NCBI GenBank assembly: GCA_047967505.1
Contig: CM106538.1
Origin: Dipteris shenzhenensis
Lineage: Eukaryota
Strand: one strand, 5' to 3'
Length of the DNA stretch: 64,000 bases
In this document: piece after piece, positions 47,681 to 59,582 of the stretch
Layout of the letters: each line of letters opens with the position of its first letter
Position numbering within the stretch: the stretch's first letter is position 1
Translations under genes and position numbers: made by a program
The notes under the pieces: model-generated
What the model was told of the DNA's origin: nothing
The model's input: only the letters and a program-made list of their open reading frames with translations
Database searches by the model: none

Positions 47681-50600
47681 ATGCCAAAATCTAAGAAGTT
47701 GAATGACAGTGATGAAGATTCGGATGTGACCAGTTTGGACGGAAGTTCTGAAGGTATAGTTCACAGGAATCCGACTCAGAAGCAGAGATGAAGATCGGAA
47801 GAGACTCTAAAGGGGGTAAGGGTGTGCCAATGGCTTCCAGAGAAGGATCTATACCTAAAGGCTTGAAGGGTATATGGTGCACTCACTGTCGCAATCCTAG
47901 TCACTCCGCAGTCGAGTGTGCTCTTAACGCAAATTGGTGCGCGATTTGCTTGACTAATACACACAACATGGTGGGATGCCACTACAATGGGCATGGCCAG
48001 AGAGCGGTTGGTCAGCATCAAGATGAGGCTATGTCTTTTGTGTAAGAAGAGCCGCAATAGCAAGCGTTTCAGCCCCAGCAATAGATGTTCCAATGAGGTA
48101 GAGGTGGCGGTGGCCACGGAGGTGGGGGTCATGGTCAAAATCGACCGAAAACTTGTCTCTTTTGCCTAGACAAAGGCCATTGGCAGAACGAATGCGTGGA
48201 GGCTCAAGAATGGGATCGGCAATGCGTGGAGTGGCAAAAGATGTCCGAGAAAATGCTCAGCACTTCTATGGTACACATTGTTGATGATGATCCGCTGGTG
48301 TGCCCAAAGATTAGTATAATCACTCATGCTAGTACCAAGCTGTGAGGACCTACTCCCAAGAACGGTGACAAACTGTTGGATTGGCCAGCTCAAGAACACA
48401 TATGATGCTAAGTCTACAAGTTGGTGACGAAGGAGACACCATTGATGTCCTTAGCAGAGTCCGCAACGACGTCGTAAGGTGCACTTTGCGGAACCGGTTG
48501 TCCAATCAGAGGAAGAGGCTCAAGCCAAGTTTAAGCTACACTTACCAGGGAATGGTCCAAAGGTGGTCAAAGCAACTTCGTTGTTGGTCACAAACCAAGC
48601 CAAGAGGCGAGCAAATTCTCTGCAAGAGAGCCAGGGTTGGAGTGCATTTTGGAGGCACCTGCCCAAATTTCATTGGGAAGATTGCTTAACCTAGTTCCGA
48701 GATTCCACCGGCAATTGTTGCATTCCTTGCACACGGAGTTTGAACCAGAAGAGTTGGAGCTATGTCAAGCTGCAATTCCGGCAATCCCTCTGACTGACAT
48801 GAGAATTCTGGTTCTTTCCACAAAGGCACAAGGTTTGCTCAGGTGCTGGTAGATGGTGGTTTGGGGGTCAATATCATCACTTTGAAGACCTACCAAGAAA
48901 TGGGATGGATGTCCTGGGAGCCAGTACCATTCTTAGCCTGCATGGCTAATCAATGCGACCACTCGGAATCTTATGGACCATTGTTCTGGAGGTGGCGGGC
49001 ATATCATTCGTGGTGTCCTTCGTGGTGCTCAACATGGAAGCTGTGACACCATAGTATAACATCCTCTTAGGTAGGCCTTGGTTGCGGCAAGCAAAAGTCA
49101 AGCAAAATTGGGTGTAGAACGTCATTTCAGTGTGGAGAGGAAAGAAGAAAGTGCGGTCACAATGGGAGTGGTGGCACCTTTGGCGGATGCGGTACACAAC
49201 CTATGCTGGCCGAGACGGTGAACATGGCAGATGGATCAATTGGCTTTTTCAAAGCAAGTCCGGATTTAGTTTCTATCTTCACCATCGATGTGGAAGGCAT
49301 TACAGAAAGTTACATGCATCAAAGTTTCCAGGCATGTAGCCAGCACAGTTCCGAAGGAGGCGACTAAGCCCCAGCAAGTAGTAGCAGATTTAAATATATG
49401 GATCTCCTGCAGCAGCAAGAGAGAGAATTCGAAGAACGGATGAGCCAAGTCACGCGAGTTTAGGAAGATGCTCTGTATATGATTTAGGATGGAGCATCTA
49501 AGCCAGTTAAAGTCAGCACTTTGTTGATGATTGAATTCTACAATGAATTGATTGGCCTCTTGCGGGAATTTTTTGATGTGTTTGCCTGGGACTATGCGGA
49601 TATGAAGGGTATGGATCCGAAATTTTACCAGCATCAGGTCAACCTTAAACCAGATGTGACACTATGAATCCACACGTGGCCAAGCAAGTGCATGAAGAAC
49701 TGGAGCGCCTGCTGCAAGTGGGATTCATTGCACCGATTGAGAATCCAGAGTGGATTCCCCCGATTGTCATTGTGCCAATAAAAAATAGGAAATTGCAGAT
49801 TTGTGTTGACTACCGTAAGTTGAATGTGGCCATTGTACCTGATCCATTTCCCTTACCATACATGGATTCTATGGTGGATGAAGTGGCGGCGCATGAGGTG
49901 TACTCCTTGTTGGATGAATATAGCGGGTACAACCAAATTCGAATGGCTTCGGAGGACTAACCCAAAATAGTATTTATCACATCATGTCTGCACACTCATG
50001 TGGTTCGGATTGTGGAATGCTCCCTCGACTTTTCAGCAGGCAATGCAGGAGATTTTCGGCTCCTATTTGACAGATTTCATGCGGATTTTCCTAGATGACC
50101 TCAATGTGTTTGGCAGATTCGCTAAGCACCTGAAGTATTTGCGGAAGTGTTTCCAACGATGTAGGGAAGTCTCATTCAGTCTAAATCCTATGAAATGCGC
50201 ATTCACAGTCCACCGGACTGACTCCTGGGGCATGTGATCTCAGCGGAAGGAAATGGGGTGGATCCGGACAAAGTGGCAATAATTATGCAAGCCCAGTGCC
50301 AGCAATGCCTAAGGAGTGCTTGCGGTTCTTGGGCCAAATTCGATGGCATGGCAAACATCTGTGGTTCCTGGCTCACATGGCAATTCCCTTGAATGCATTG
50401 GTAGATGTGGAACCGAAGGCATTTGTGTGGACCACAGAGTGCGACCAAGCGTACCGACAACTCAAGATTCAGCTTTCTAGAGCACCGGTGCTACTGTCTC
50501 CAGATTGGGAGAAGAATTTTCATGTGTTCATGGATGCCTCAGATAGGGCTATTGGGAGTGTCTTGATGTAGGAAGATGCAAAATGGTATCGCCCAATCTA

Positions 50601-50985
50601 CTACGCAAGTCGACGACTCTCAATGGTAGAAAAGAATTATTCTCTCACGGAGCGGGAAGGACTGGGCATGATCTATTCCGTCAAGAAATTCCAGCATTAT
50701 TTGTTGGGCTGACCTTTTGTATTCCAAGTTGATCATTCCACATTTTTGTATTTGGTAAAGCAACAAAGTCTTACAGGCCGATTGGCACGATGGGTGTTGC
50801 TCTTGCAGGAATATGATTTTAATGTGATTCATCGCCCAAGCTCATAGCATGCGGTTGCAGATTACCTTTCCCTACTAGAGTCTGGAGAGCTGCTAATGGG
50901 AGTAGAGGATGAGTTTCCTGATGCGGAGCTAGTGGTGATTTTTCGGGTGGACCCGATCACGGCACAGGCTGAAGTCATCCCAGAA
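47681..50985 (+). pseudogene. Non-chromovirus Gypsy gag-pol relic (zinc knuckles, protease, RT, RNase H; integrase missing)
   Basis: CTHCRNPSHSAVEC, CAICLTNTHNMVGC, CLFCLDKGHWQNEC; LVDGGLGVNII; DVFAWDYADMKG; WIPPIVIVP..ICVDYRKLN; FLDD; FHVFMDASDRAIGSVL; ARWVLLLQEYDF. Confidence 0.9.
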
Positions 50986-50989
50986 GGAC

Positions 50990-53900
50990 CATGGTCGTGG
51001 AAAACTTCCTCAAAGCCAAATCCCCAGAACCCCCAAACCCATGTTTCCCTAGTATGGGCGTCGGAATATACCCATGCCCATATCGACGCCTCTGCTATAT
51101 ATACGGACGTCGATACCATCGGTCATATCGACGATACTAGAGGCAAAAACATGTGCCTGGCCCTTCCCATGATGCCATTCATGTTTTTGTTTCTTGTATC
51201 CTCCCTCCTCTCTTTTAGCTCGCGATTGCCCTCCATCCTTGCCTCCTCACTCCTCCCTCCTCCCTCCTCACTCCTCCCTCTTCCCTCCCCCCTCCCCCCT
51301 CTCCATTCTCTTCTATATTCTCCTCTCCACCTCCAAGACTTGCAAGAGCTCCCTTTCCACCTCAAGGTAAGAGTTTCTCTCAGCTACTTTTATTTCAAGT
51401 TCTTTTTGTTTCTTTGTCTTTCCTATATGTTTCCTTCTCCCTCTCCTCTAGTTTCCCTCCCTCTCTTATGTTTCTGTCCTCCTTTCCTTTCTTTCCCTCA
51501 AAACTATGAAAGGAAAGAACAATGTATGAAAAAAAAATCATGAAAGAGAGGAGTAGGAAAGCTCTATGCTTTGCTTTTGTTTGTAAGCTTCTCCTTATCT
51601 CCTCTCCGTTACTTTGGTGTGTTGCTTCTTCAAACTCCTCCTTTCACTAACTAGTTTTCTTAAAAATGGTAAGTTTCCTCTCTTTTAAAGGGCACAAAAC
51701 CTGAGACCCTACGTGAAATCATCCATGGTCGTACCTAAGACACATACTCTCCAGGTAAGAACGTGTTTTCTCTCCCTCTTTTTTTCCTTTTTGTGCACAC
51801 ATTGGCCTACAGCTAGCTGTAGTGATGGGCATAGGAACCCTTACACCTTTCTTTCCTCTCTTTCTTCCTTTCTCTCCACTTTTACTCTTTCCTCGTCTTC
51901 TTCCACTCTCTTTTACTTCCTTCCCTCCTCTCTTTTTTGGCTCTCTCCTTTCTTTCCCTCCTCTGTTCTTTCCTCTCTTTCTCTTTTTCTCTCCACTCTT
52001 TTACTCTCTTTCCCTATTCTTCTCCTTCTTTCTTTCCTTCCTCTTCTTTTGCCTCTCTTCTCTCTTTTACTCATTCTTTCTCTCCTTGTTTCTTTCCCTC
52101 CTCTCTTCTTTCCTCTCTTTCTCTCTCTCTCCATTCTTTTACTGTCTTTCCCTCTTCTTCTTCTACTCTCTTTTACTTTCTTTCCCTCCTCTCTTCTTTC
52201 ATTTGTTCTCTCTTTTTCTCCTCTCTTTATTTTCTCTTTTTCTCTCTTTCCCTCCTCTCTTTCTGTGTATTTCCGCTTTTCCGCGTTTTCGTCTTTCCTC
52301 TTCCTCTTACTCTCTCTCTCTTTTCCTCTCTTTCTTTCTCTTTTACTATTTTTCTCTCTCTTTCCCTATCTTTTTCTCTCTTTCTTTCTCTTTTCCTCTC
52401 TTTTTACATTATATGTGATGAGTGATTCATTTTGTAAATTGAACTTGGATGGCAATGTGTTTTATATGCCCCTACTTGCTTGTTGTTTTCCACCAAATTA
52501 ATGGACTGCTCAAATCCCTAGCAGTCTTCCCTAAACCCAAACCCTCTCCCTCATGTTGCCACCATATGGAATTTGGATTTCCTACCATCCCATGTCGCAA
52601 GAGAAAATTAAACACGATGAAGACTGGGTGAAGTTTAATGTGGAAGTGCATGCACGTGGGTGGGGTCGAGATAGAGCTTCAAGGGAGGAGCATTTCTTGC
52701 GAGTTACAAGATCCAACATGAGGACCCTCCATAGGATTTGGAGGAACCGCCAAAATTAATAAATTGGATACCCTGAAGGGGATAATGGATTGTGTTGAGA
52801 TCTTCTTACACCGTGGTCATCGTCCAAGAAGAGTACCACTATATAGAACAAGATGTGCATGATGAAGTCCCAAGTGACCCTTCTAGCCATGAGGAGGAGA
52901 GCGATGAAACGAGTGATAGTAACAAAGAGCAGTAGTATTCTTTAACAGATAGATAAGAATGTCTCTTTTGGAGACAAACTTTGTTACAGATCTAGATATA
53001 TGATAATGTCTTTTATGGAGACCAATTAAATTTAACGCAAATAGTTTCTACTTTTATATTTATTTTCTATTGTTGAGCCGATGGCGTGTATAATATAAGA
53101 TAGTTGTAGGCAATATATTTTGTAATACATAATGAGAGAGTTTTAGTAAATTGAATTGGAGTTTTAAGTAGTAAGTTATCTTTGCATTTATTCATCCTTA
53201 GATATGATGGTGGTCTCTTTTCAAAAACTAGAAGAGTAAAATTAAGTATTTATTATTTTTTCCGCTTCTTATTCGGTTTTGTGTTTGTGTTTGTTTTATT
53301 GTTTGTGTTTGTGTTCGTCCAATCCCATTAAATTAGCTGTCGTCACGTCACACTTTCGGAGGGTGGAGTCCTAGTGATTGTGGGACTCCTTGTAGGACAA
53401 GAGATCATGAACTCTATGGTCCATAGGACCCTGATCCTCTTGAGAGGTTGACTTCTCAGGGGTTGATTCCTCAGGGGCCGATCCCTTCGGGGACTCCTTT
53501 GTTAGGAGCCAATTGCTTCATCAGGAATCCTAATGAGTTTGTCATAGCCATGTGCGATACAGAGATTCTTTTCTCTTGTTTCCTGTTAGAGGAGCTCTGC
53601 AATTCTCTCTCCTACACCCCTTGGGGATAGATCGGGGAGATTGAACTACAACTATCCCCTCTTGCCCCTTCCGAGGGACCATCACCCGAACATCACTGTC
53701 ATAGGTCCAAAAAGAGTAGTAAGGGTCTAGACTTCTATGGTGGCACGAGAGATGTAGATGAGTCTGCACACTCCTAGCACTCCAGTTCTCCTCCCATTCA
53801 TGAGACATAATTCTAGTATGGTCCCTTGCCCACCCCTCTAATAGGCCGTAGCACCCCTCGCTCCGATACCACTCACTCCACACCTTGCTCTAGCTCTGCT

Positions 53901-55341
53901 ACTCCCACTCTGTGCTCTGCTTCTCCTACTCCCTCCACTACGCCTCCTTCAGACTATGTTCCGCCCGAGGACCTCCACTGCTTCGTGAACAGCATTGGGG
54001 GGATAAGGACAGGATGAAGGTCATAAACTACGTGAGGAGGTTGATGAGCACGCACTTCCCCAAGGATATCTTGAAACCTTGGAATAAGTAGGACAAGAGA
54101 GCCAAGGATGCCATCATGGATGAACTACAACAATGATCCTCTGAGAGGTATCAGTTTAAGCGAAATGCCATGCTTACACGCATCGGAGAGCTCTTAAGGT
54201 TTTGTAGATATGAGTTGAGGGAAGCTGTTAGGAAAGGTAAGAACAAGCTAGGGTGGGCAGACTTGAAAGATTGGAAGAAAGCGAACAAGGACTTCAAGGA
54301 GGATCCAGATGCGTTCACGACTCAATAGAGGGTGGCGAGGAGACACCTAGAGACCGTAGATGTTTCGCACCTCAAGAGCGGTGACATGATGCATGGGTGG
54401 TATATTTATCTTTGATTGAGTTTCTAATATGTTCAGTCATTCAAATGCTTTTCAATTCATATCTAACTCCTTGAATTTGGATCCACAGGAATCTATGATT
54501 GGTAAGCCTCTAAACGATGACGCATACAGAAGGGCGTTCAAGATTGGAGACAAGCCTTGCTTTAAGGAGAAGGAGCAAGAAGGATATAGAATCAAATGGA
54601 AAAAGGTGGTGGAGCCTCATGTGAGTATACCCTAATCATCATCGTTGTCATTTGAGTATCATCGTTGTCTTACAGTTGACGCTCTTATCTTTTTTCCTAA
54701 CTTGTTTCATTCTTAGGGAGGCAACTTCAAACCATCTAGAGATATAAAGTTGGATCTATCTCAAGAAGAAGAGGAGATTCTCGTAGAAGAGGAGGGCGAG
54801 GGATCAGGCCTACGTAGAGAGGTTGTAGATGAGGAGGGTGAGGAGGAGGAGAAGAGTTCAGAGGAGGAGGAGCAGTTATTTTGTCACTTTTGCCATTGTG
54901 TAGCACATTACTTTGGCAGATTTGCCATTTTCAAGTTCTGTACTTTTGCCATTTTGTGGCACATTACTTTGGTATATTTGCCATTTTCAACTTTGGTTGT
55001 CATTTTGTAGGCCTTTTTTGTAACATTATAACATGATTTGGTAGACCTCTTTTGTAATATCTATCATAATTCTAATGGAAAAAAAATTGTGGGGTAGGAT
55101 GGGATTGAAACAAGCACCATCCTACCCCACAATTTAAAAAAAAAATCCTGTTAAAACATCAGTATATATCAACACTACATTGTGCCCATACCAACGCCCA
55201 TGCCAACTCTGAGAACATTCACTTACTGATGCTCATACCAATGATGATACCGATGCTTTCTTTTTTACGTACACACTGATAGACATTTCGATACCTTTTA
55301 CATTGGTATCATCGTCAGAAAGCCGCCCGTGTCGTATAGTG
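50990..55341 (+). mobile_element. Right half of a second CACTA family (canonical ...TAGTG end) with a degraded ORF2-like gene; left end lost
   Basis: Ends gtgtcgtatagtg at 55341 (reverse complement cactatacgacac). gcccata(c/t)c(g/a)acgcc-type motifs at about 51070-51140 and 55180-55320. AAG|GTAAG donors at 51367 and 51755, CT-rich intron, and decayed ORF 53400-54870 resembling 9088-10015. Confidence 0.65.
51780..52405. repeat. CT-rich low-complexity tract
   Basis: Almost pure pyrimidine; produces spurious F/L/S ORFs. Confidence 0.9.
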
Positions 55342-57058
55342 CACCAAGAGAATCATAGGCTTGACAAGAAGCAGCAACTAAATCATATTATCCACACAAA
55401 ACTGAGTTTATGCATACTCTTAAAGTAGAGGAGACGGTTAATATACCTCCGACGCAAGTAGAGGAGATTCTTTCGGCATCTACACTTGAAGGAGAAATAT
55501 TGATTGTACACTAACAAAATCACAGGCTTAACAAGAGAGACCAATCGAATCACACTCTCCACATGAAGCATCAATAGAATCACATCCTCAGGATGAAGCA
55601 CCACAGTCGCCACACAAAGCATCATAGTCACTTGCCAAGCATGTAGATGGCTATGTTCTAAAGACTTAGTATCTTTGCATGGATTTATTATTGTAATATG
55701 TAGAAAATGTGTATCCATGAGGAAAATTTGCTCATGATTTTTAAGGAGGATTGGAGGTGTTTGTTAACACCATAAAAAAAGCTTTGAGAAATTAGCAAGT
55801 GCCTACTCTGTTATGTTAAGTTTCGCATTGTATAAATTTAAATCACAATTATCCTTTCCTCACATGTAAGATGTTATGTTAAATTTGACAATTTCTTTAA
55901 TTTTTTACTTTGAAAACCTTGAAATGTCACAAGTGAAGTTTAAGTCACAAGTGGAGTAAGGAGCGAATGAGTGCATGGGTTAAGAAGGGATTAGTGGAGG
56001 TATGGGAGAATTAGTATGCTTGGATGTGGGGTGGTTAAAAGAGAGTGTAAAGGGGAGATTTCACAGGGGGGGGTACATATAAGAATAATTCATAGTTGGG
56101 GAAGTATACATGTGTGTGTGTGTGTGTGTGTGTTTTGTATTCTTCAAAGCAGTAATTTCCAACCCTTAACACAAGTATAACATGCCAGCTTTTATATGCA
56201 TTTAGGTGGGTTTTCTTGAACCTTTTTGTGAACCCTATCTTTGTATGGTGCCTTCTCTTATATCTTAATTTAAACTGGTTCTATAAACCAACTCTTTACT
56301 TAAATTCTTAAAATGCATTTGCCCTTTGTTTGTTAATCAAAGATCTTCCTAAATGAACAAGCAAGCAATAATGACTAGCCTTCGCCACTAGTTACTGGGT
56401 ACTTAGTATAATTGGTAATGTGGCTTCTTTGATGACTATAATTAACAAATTAATTCCGAGTTGTAGGTCATGTGATAGGGATACTCACAATGGATGTTGT
56501 TAGAACACTATCAAAGGAAAATAGGCAATTTCTTTTGTGTATGAAAAGCTATGAAGAGATTCTAATCTTGAATATATAGGCATACTTTTCAAAGACTTTT
56601 ATTCATATGATCTTCTTTCACAAAACCTCAATTAATGAGAGCTTTTACTTTATAAAATGTGCAATCGCATCTATACTCATGCAAATACAAAACTATGTGC
56701 TTACATTTGAACGTGGAAAATCTCTGGAACTGATTTTTGTTATAATTTCATAAATGTAAGCTATCAAATGTTGTGACTATGCATATAGTTATATACCTAT
56801 TGCTCAAAAAGTTAATGGCATGGATGGTTTTTGCACATTTAAAGTTTATTAAGAAGTGAAACTTTTATAAAGTTTGTATTCAACCATAAAAATAAATCTT
56901 TAAACAGTCACAAGGATTCAAAATTTTTATGTCAAATCTTTCAAGTTTCATGAAGATTCAAATACAAGTAAAAAGGAAAATATATAAAATCATGCTATTT
57001 TATTATGAAACTCAAACTCGGAGGGTTTATTATATATAAATCCTCTATATCACGTGTG

Positions 57059-57260
57059 TTCAAGGCCTAATTTAAAACTCCCTTATCGGTGAATTTTCAT
57101 GAATAAAATACACCCTTTTTCTATTCAATATGTGAATACCCCCTTTAAATGGTACCCTTCTGTATGTAACAAATTACAACAAAATTATTTTAAAAATCCC
57201 TTCTGTTGAACCCACGTGCTATGCTTACATATTTATTAGTGACCCCCCTGAGAACTCAAA
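57059..57260 (+). repeat. Old dispersed repeat, copy 1 (related copy 61886-62090; partial copy about 63585-63640)
   Basis: Shared ttcaaggcctaatt..catgaataaaa.acaccc.ttttctattcaat..ttgaacc.acgtg..cttacatat..gtgaccc. Confidence 0.7.
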
Positions 57261-58514
57261 AAGCTAGCTCAGTAAACTTTGGCAAGCATTTTATATTAAT
57301 ATATAAGTATATTTTGTATAAAAAATCCATGGTACTTTTTCAAATATTTAAGAGGTACTTTAAGTGGAGCGTGTTATATATATAGCTACATAAGCAATCT
57401 CAAGAAGAAGGAGTACTTTATATTGTTCTTTTGTGAGGATCTTCACATTTACAAATAATTGTAGAAGATTCATATGATTAATTAGTTGTGTCTACCACAT
57501 AGTGGAAGGCATGAGGGATTCATGTCATGAATCTGTTAGATTGATCTTAGTGGAAAAAGATTCAATGGAAGGAGACGCTTATGATTCTATTGGATGTGAA
57601 AGGCAAGAGCAAACACTCATTGCATCTTTCCTTTAGATCAATAAATTATGAATGACAGAATGGCTCTCTATGATTGCAAGAGAAATGATAAACATCGATA
57701 CCCATGTGTCAATGTTTGCTCTCTATGATTGTTGTATAGTGAGGCTGACCAAAGCCTATGGATTGCGGTGGTTGCGACTATCATAAAGACCGTTCATGGT
57801 GTGATATGAACCGTGCATCACTCAAGGAAAGTTCTGCAAGCAACATGGACTGGGTACAAAGGGTATTAAAGACGTGAAGGTTATGTAGGCCCTAAGAGGA
57901 AGGGAGAAGGAGGGCTTTCAAAGTGGGAGTGATGGATCTATTGATGGTCTTTGTATTGCAATGGATTCTATATATTTCTTGTCGATTGGAAATGATGTGG
58001 ATAATTCACATGCATGCATACTATATGTTACACATACACATGGGTTGTTCAATTTGCAAGATGTATGGTGAAGTATTAATATTTTTCGTATTCAAATTTT
58101 GCCTTTTGTAAGGGCAAGGTCTTACATGTATGCATAATATCAAGTCTCTACTTTTGGGACTGTCATGAGCTACACATAGGGTGGGGGTGGGGTGGGGGTA
58201 TGCTCTAGTAAGTTTAGAGCTTAGGCTAAGAGTCATTTTCCACCATAGGGAGGACCCTATTCTTACTCGTCCGAGAAGCATGGCTTAAGTGAAGACCATG
58301 CTTTGCCAATGACCATCACAATATGGCCTAATGGAAAGGAAATTGTGTGTTTGGAAAGTAGTCGATGCCCATCCTAAGACTACGTATCATTCTTTTTTTT
58401 GCAAAGAAGCCACACTATCATTCTTACACTCTTTCCCTTGGACGCTCTGGGCACAAGTAGGAGGGCTGAAACAAAAAGCTCAAGGCTCAACTAGTTGCTT
58501 AGTTTGGAATCCCT

Positions 58515-59045
58515 GGCTGCCGGAGATGGCAATCCCGGCGGACGAACGGGAAGCAGTCGGTCAAGTTCAGGCCGAAGCTTCTTCATGCGCGAGGCGGGTG
58601 GGCGGCACCGCCCACTCGAGCTTTTCCTGACCCGCCAGCGCCAACCCAAGGCCTGCCCGCCGCCGCCGGCAGTAGTCGCGTGCGATCGCCGCCCGCCGGC
58701 CCGTCGCCTGAGTGGCCGCCATCATTGAACCCCCCAGCCTAGGCCACCTCCACGTGTGCGACCCTGTACAGGAACGCCGGTAAAGCAAATCTGCAGCCCT
58801 ATCTCGCTCACACAAGTTACCACGCGGCGGCGGTCGGCCGAGCTTCCGACATAGTGATGACAAAACCGGGGTCCACGCGTCCAGCGTAGCGGAAAATAAA
58901 TTGCCACGTGTGATACGATGATAAGCTCGGCAAGACAGGTGGCGCATGCAAGCGTGTATTGATTGCGGGGGCAATATGGGGGTGATGTCATGGGTGGGAC
59001 CCCTTCCCTGAAATGCTAAATTTTAATATGTAAAAACGTGCATGG
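58515..59045 (+). promoter_or_regulatory. CpG-rich promoter with G-box/ABRE, CE3-like, DRE-core and RY motifs
   Basis: cacgtg at 58751 and 58905; cacgcg at 58821 and 58874; ccgac at 58846; catgca at 58945. CpG is retained, unlike in the flanks. Confidence 0.55.
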
Positions 59046-59541
59046 CAGCTTTGCTCTTCTTTGTAATTTGGGCTTCGTTCTATTTGCTCTTCCTTAACCC
59101 CCACTCCTTATGTCTTCTTTTGCCTCTTACGGTTCTTTGTTTAGCTCCAATATCATTAGATATCCCTCCATCGCCAACCTCTCCAATGTACATCCACCTC
59201 TCTTATAAGCACCCTCAACGGCACAGTTTTCCAATACCCATCTCCTTTCTCTCCCTCCTCTGCAGCCCAACTCCCCTCCAGCTCTCTTTCAACTATAAGT
59301 TTCTTCACCGTCCTTTGCCTCCCATCACGTTCATTTATAGCTTCTCCACCTCTCACAATAAATGCTCCTCATTCCCTCCTTCACGCGGTACACGTTCCTG
59401 ACGCCTTCATAAAAGATACGTCACCTTTCTTCCGAGATACAAGTCTCATCGAGTCCAGTCCTAAGGTTAGTCGCAGATTCCCTTTTTCATCCCACCGTTT
59501 TTCCTTCGCAGATCTTATAATTTTTAAACATCCTGCACATT

Positions 59542-59582
59542 ATGGTATCCATGGAATCTGAAAGCTTGAGCTCCGCACCACG
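59542..59582 (+). CDS. Possible first coding micro-exon (MVSMESESLSSAP..) of an unidentified host gene
   Basis: Preceded by a cataaaa box (about 59408) and a UTR donor/acceptor pair (aag|gttagt at 59465; ttccttcgcag at about 59511). Followed by a strong CG|GTAAGT donor. No convincing downstream exon found. Confidence 0.3.
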
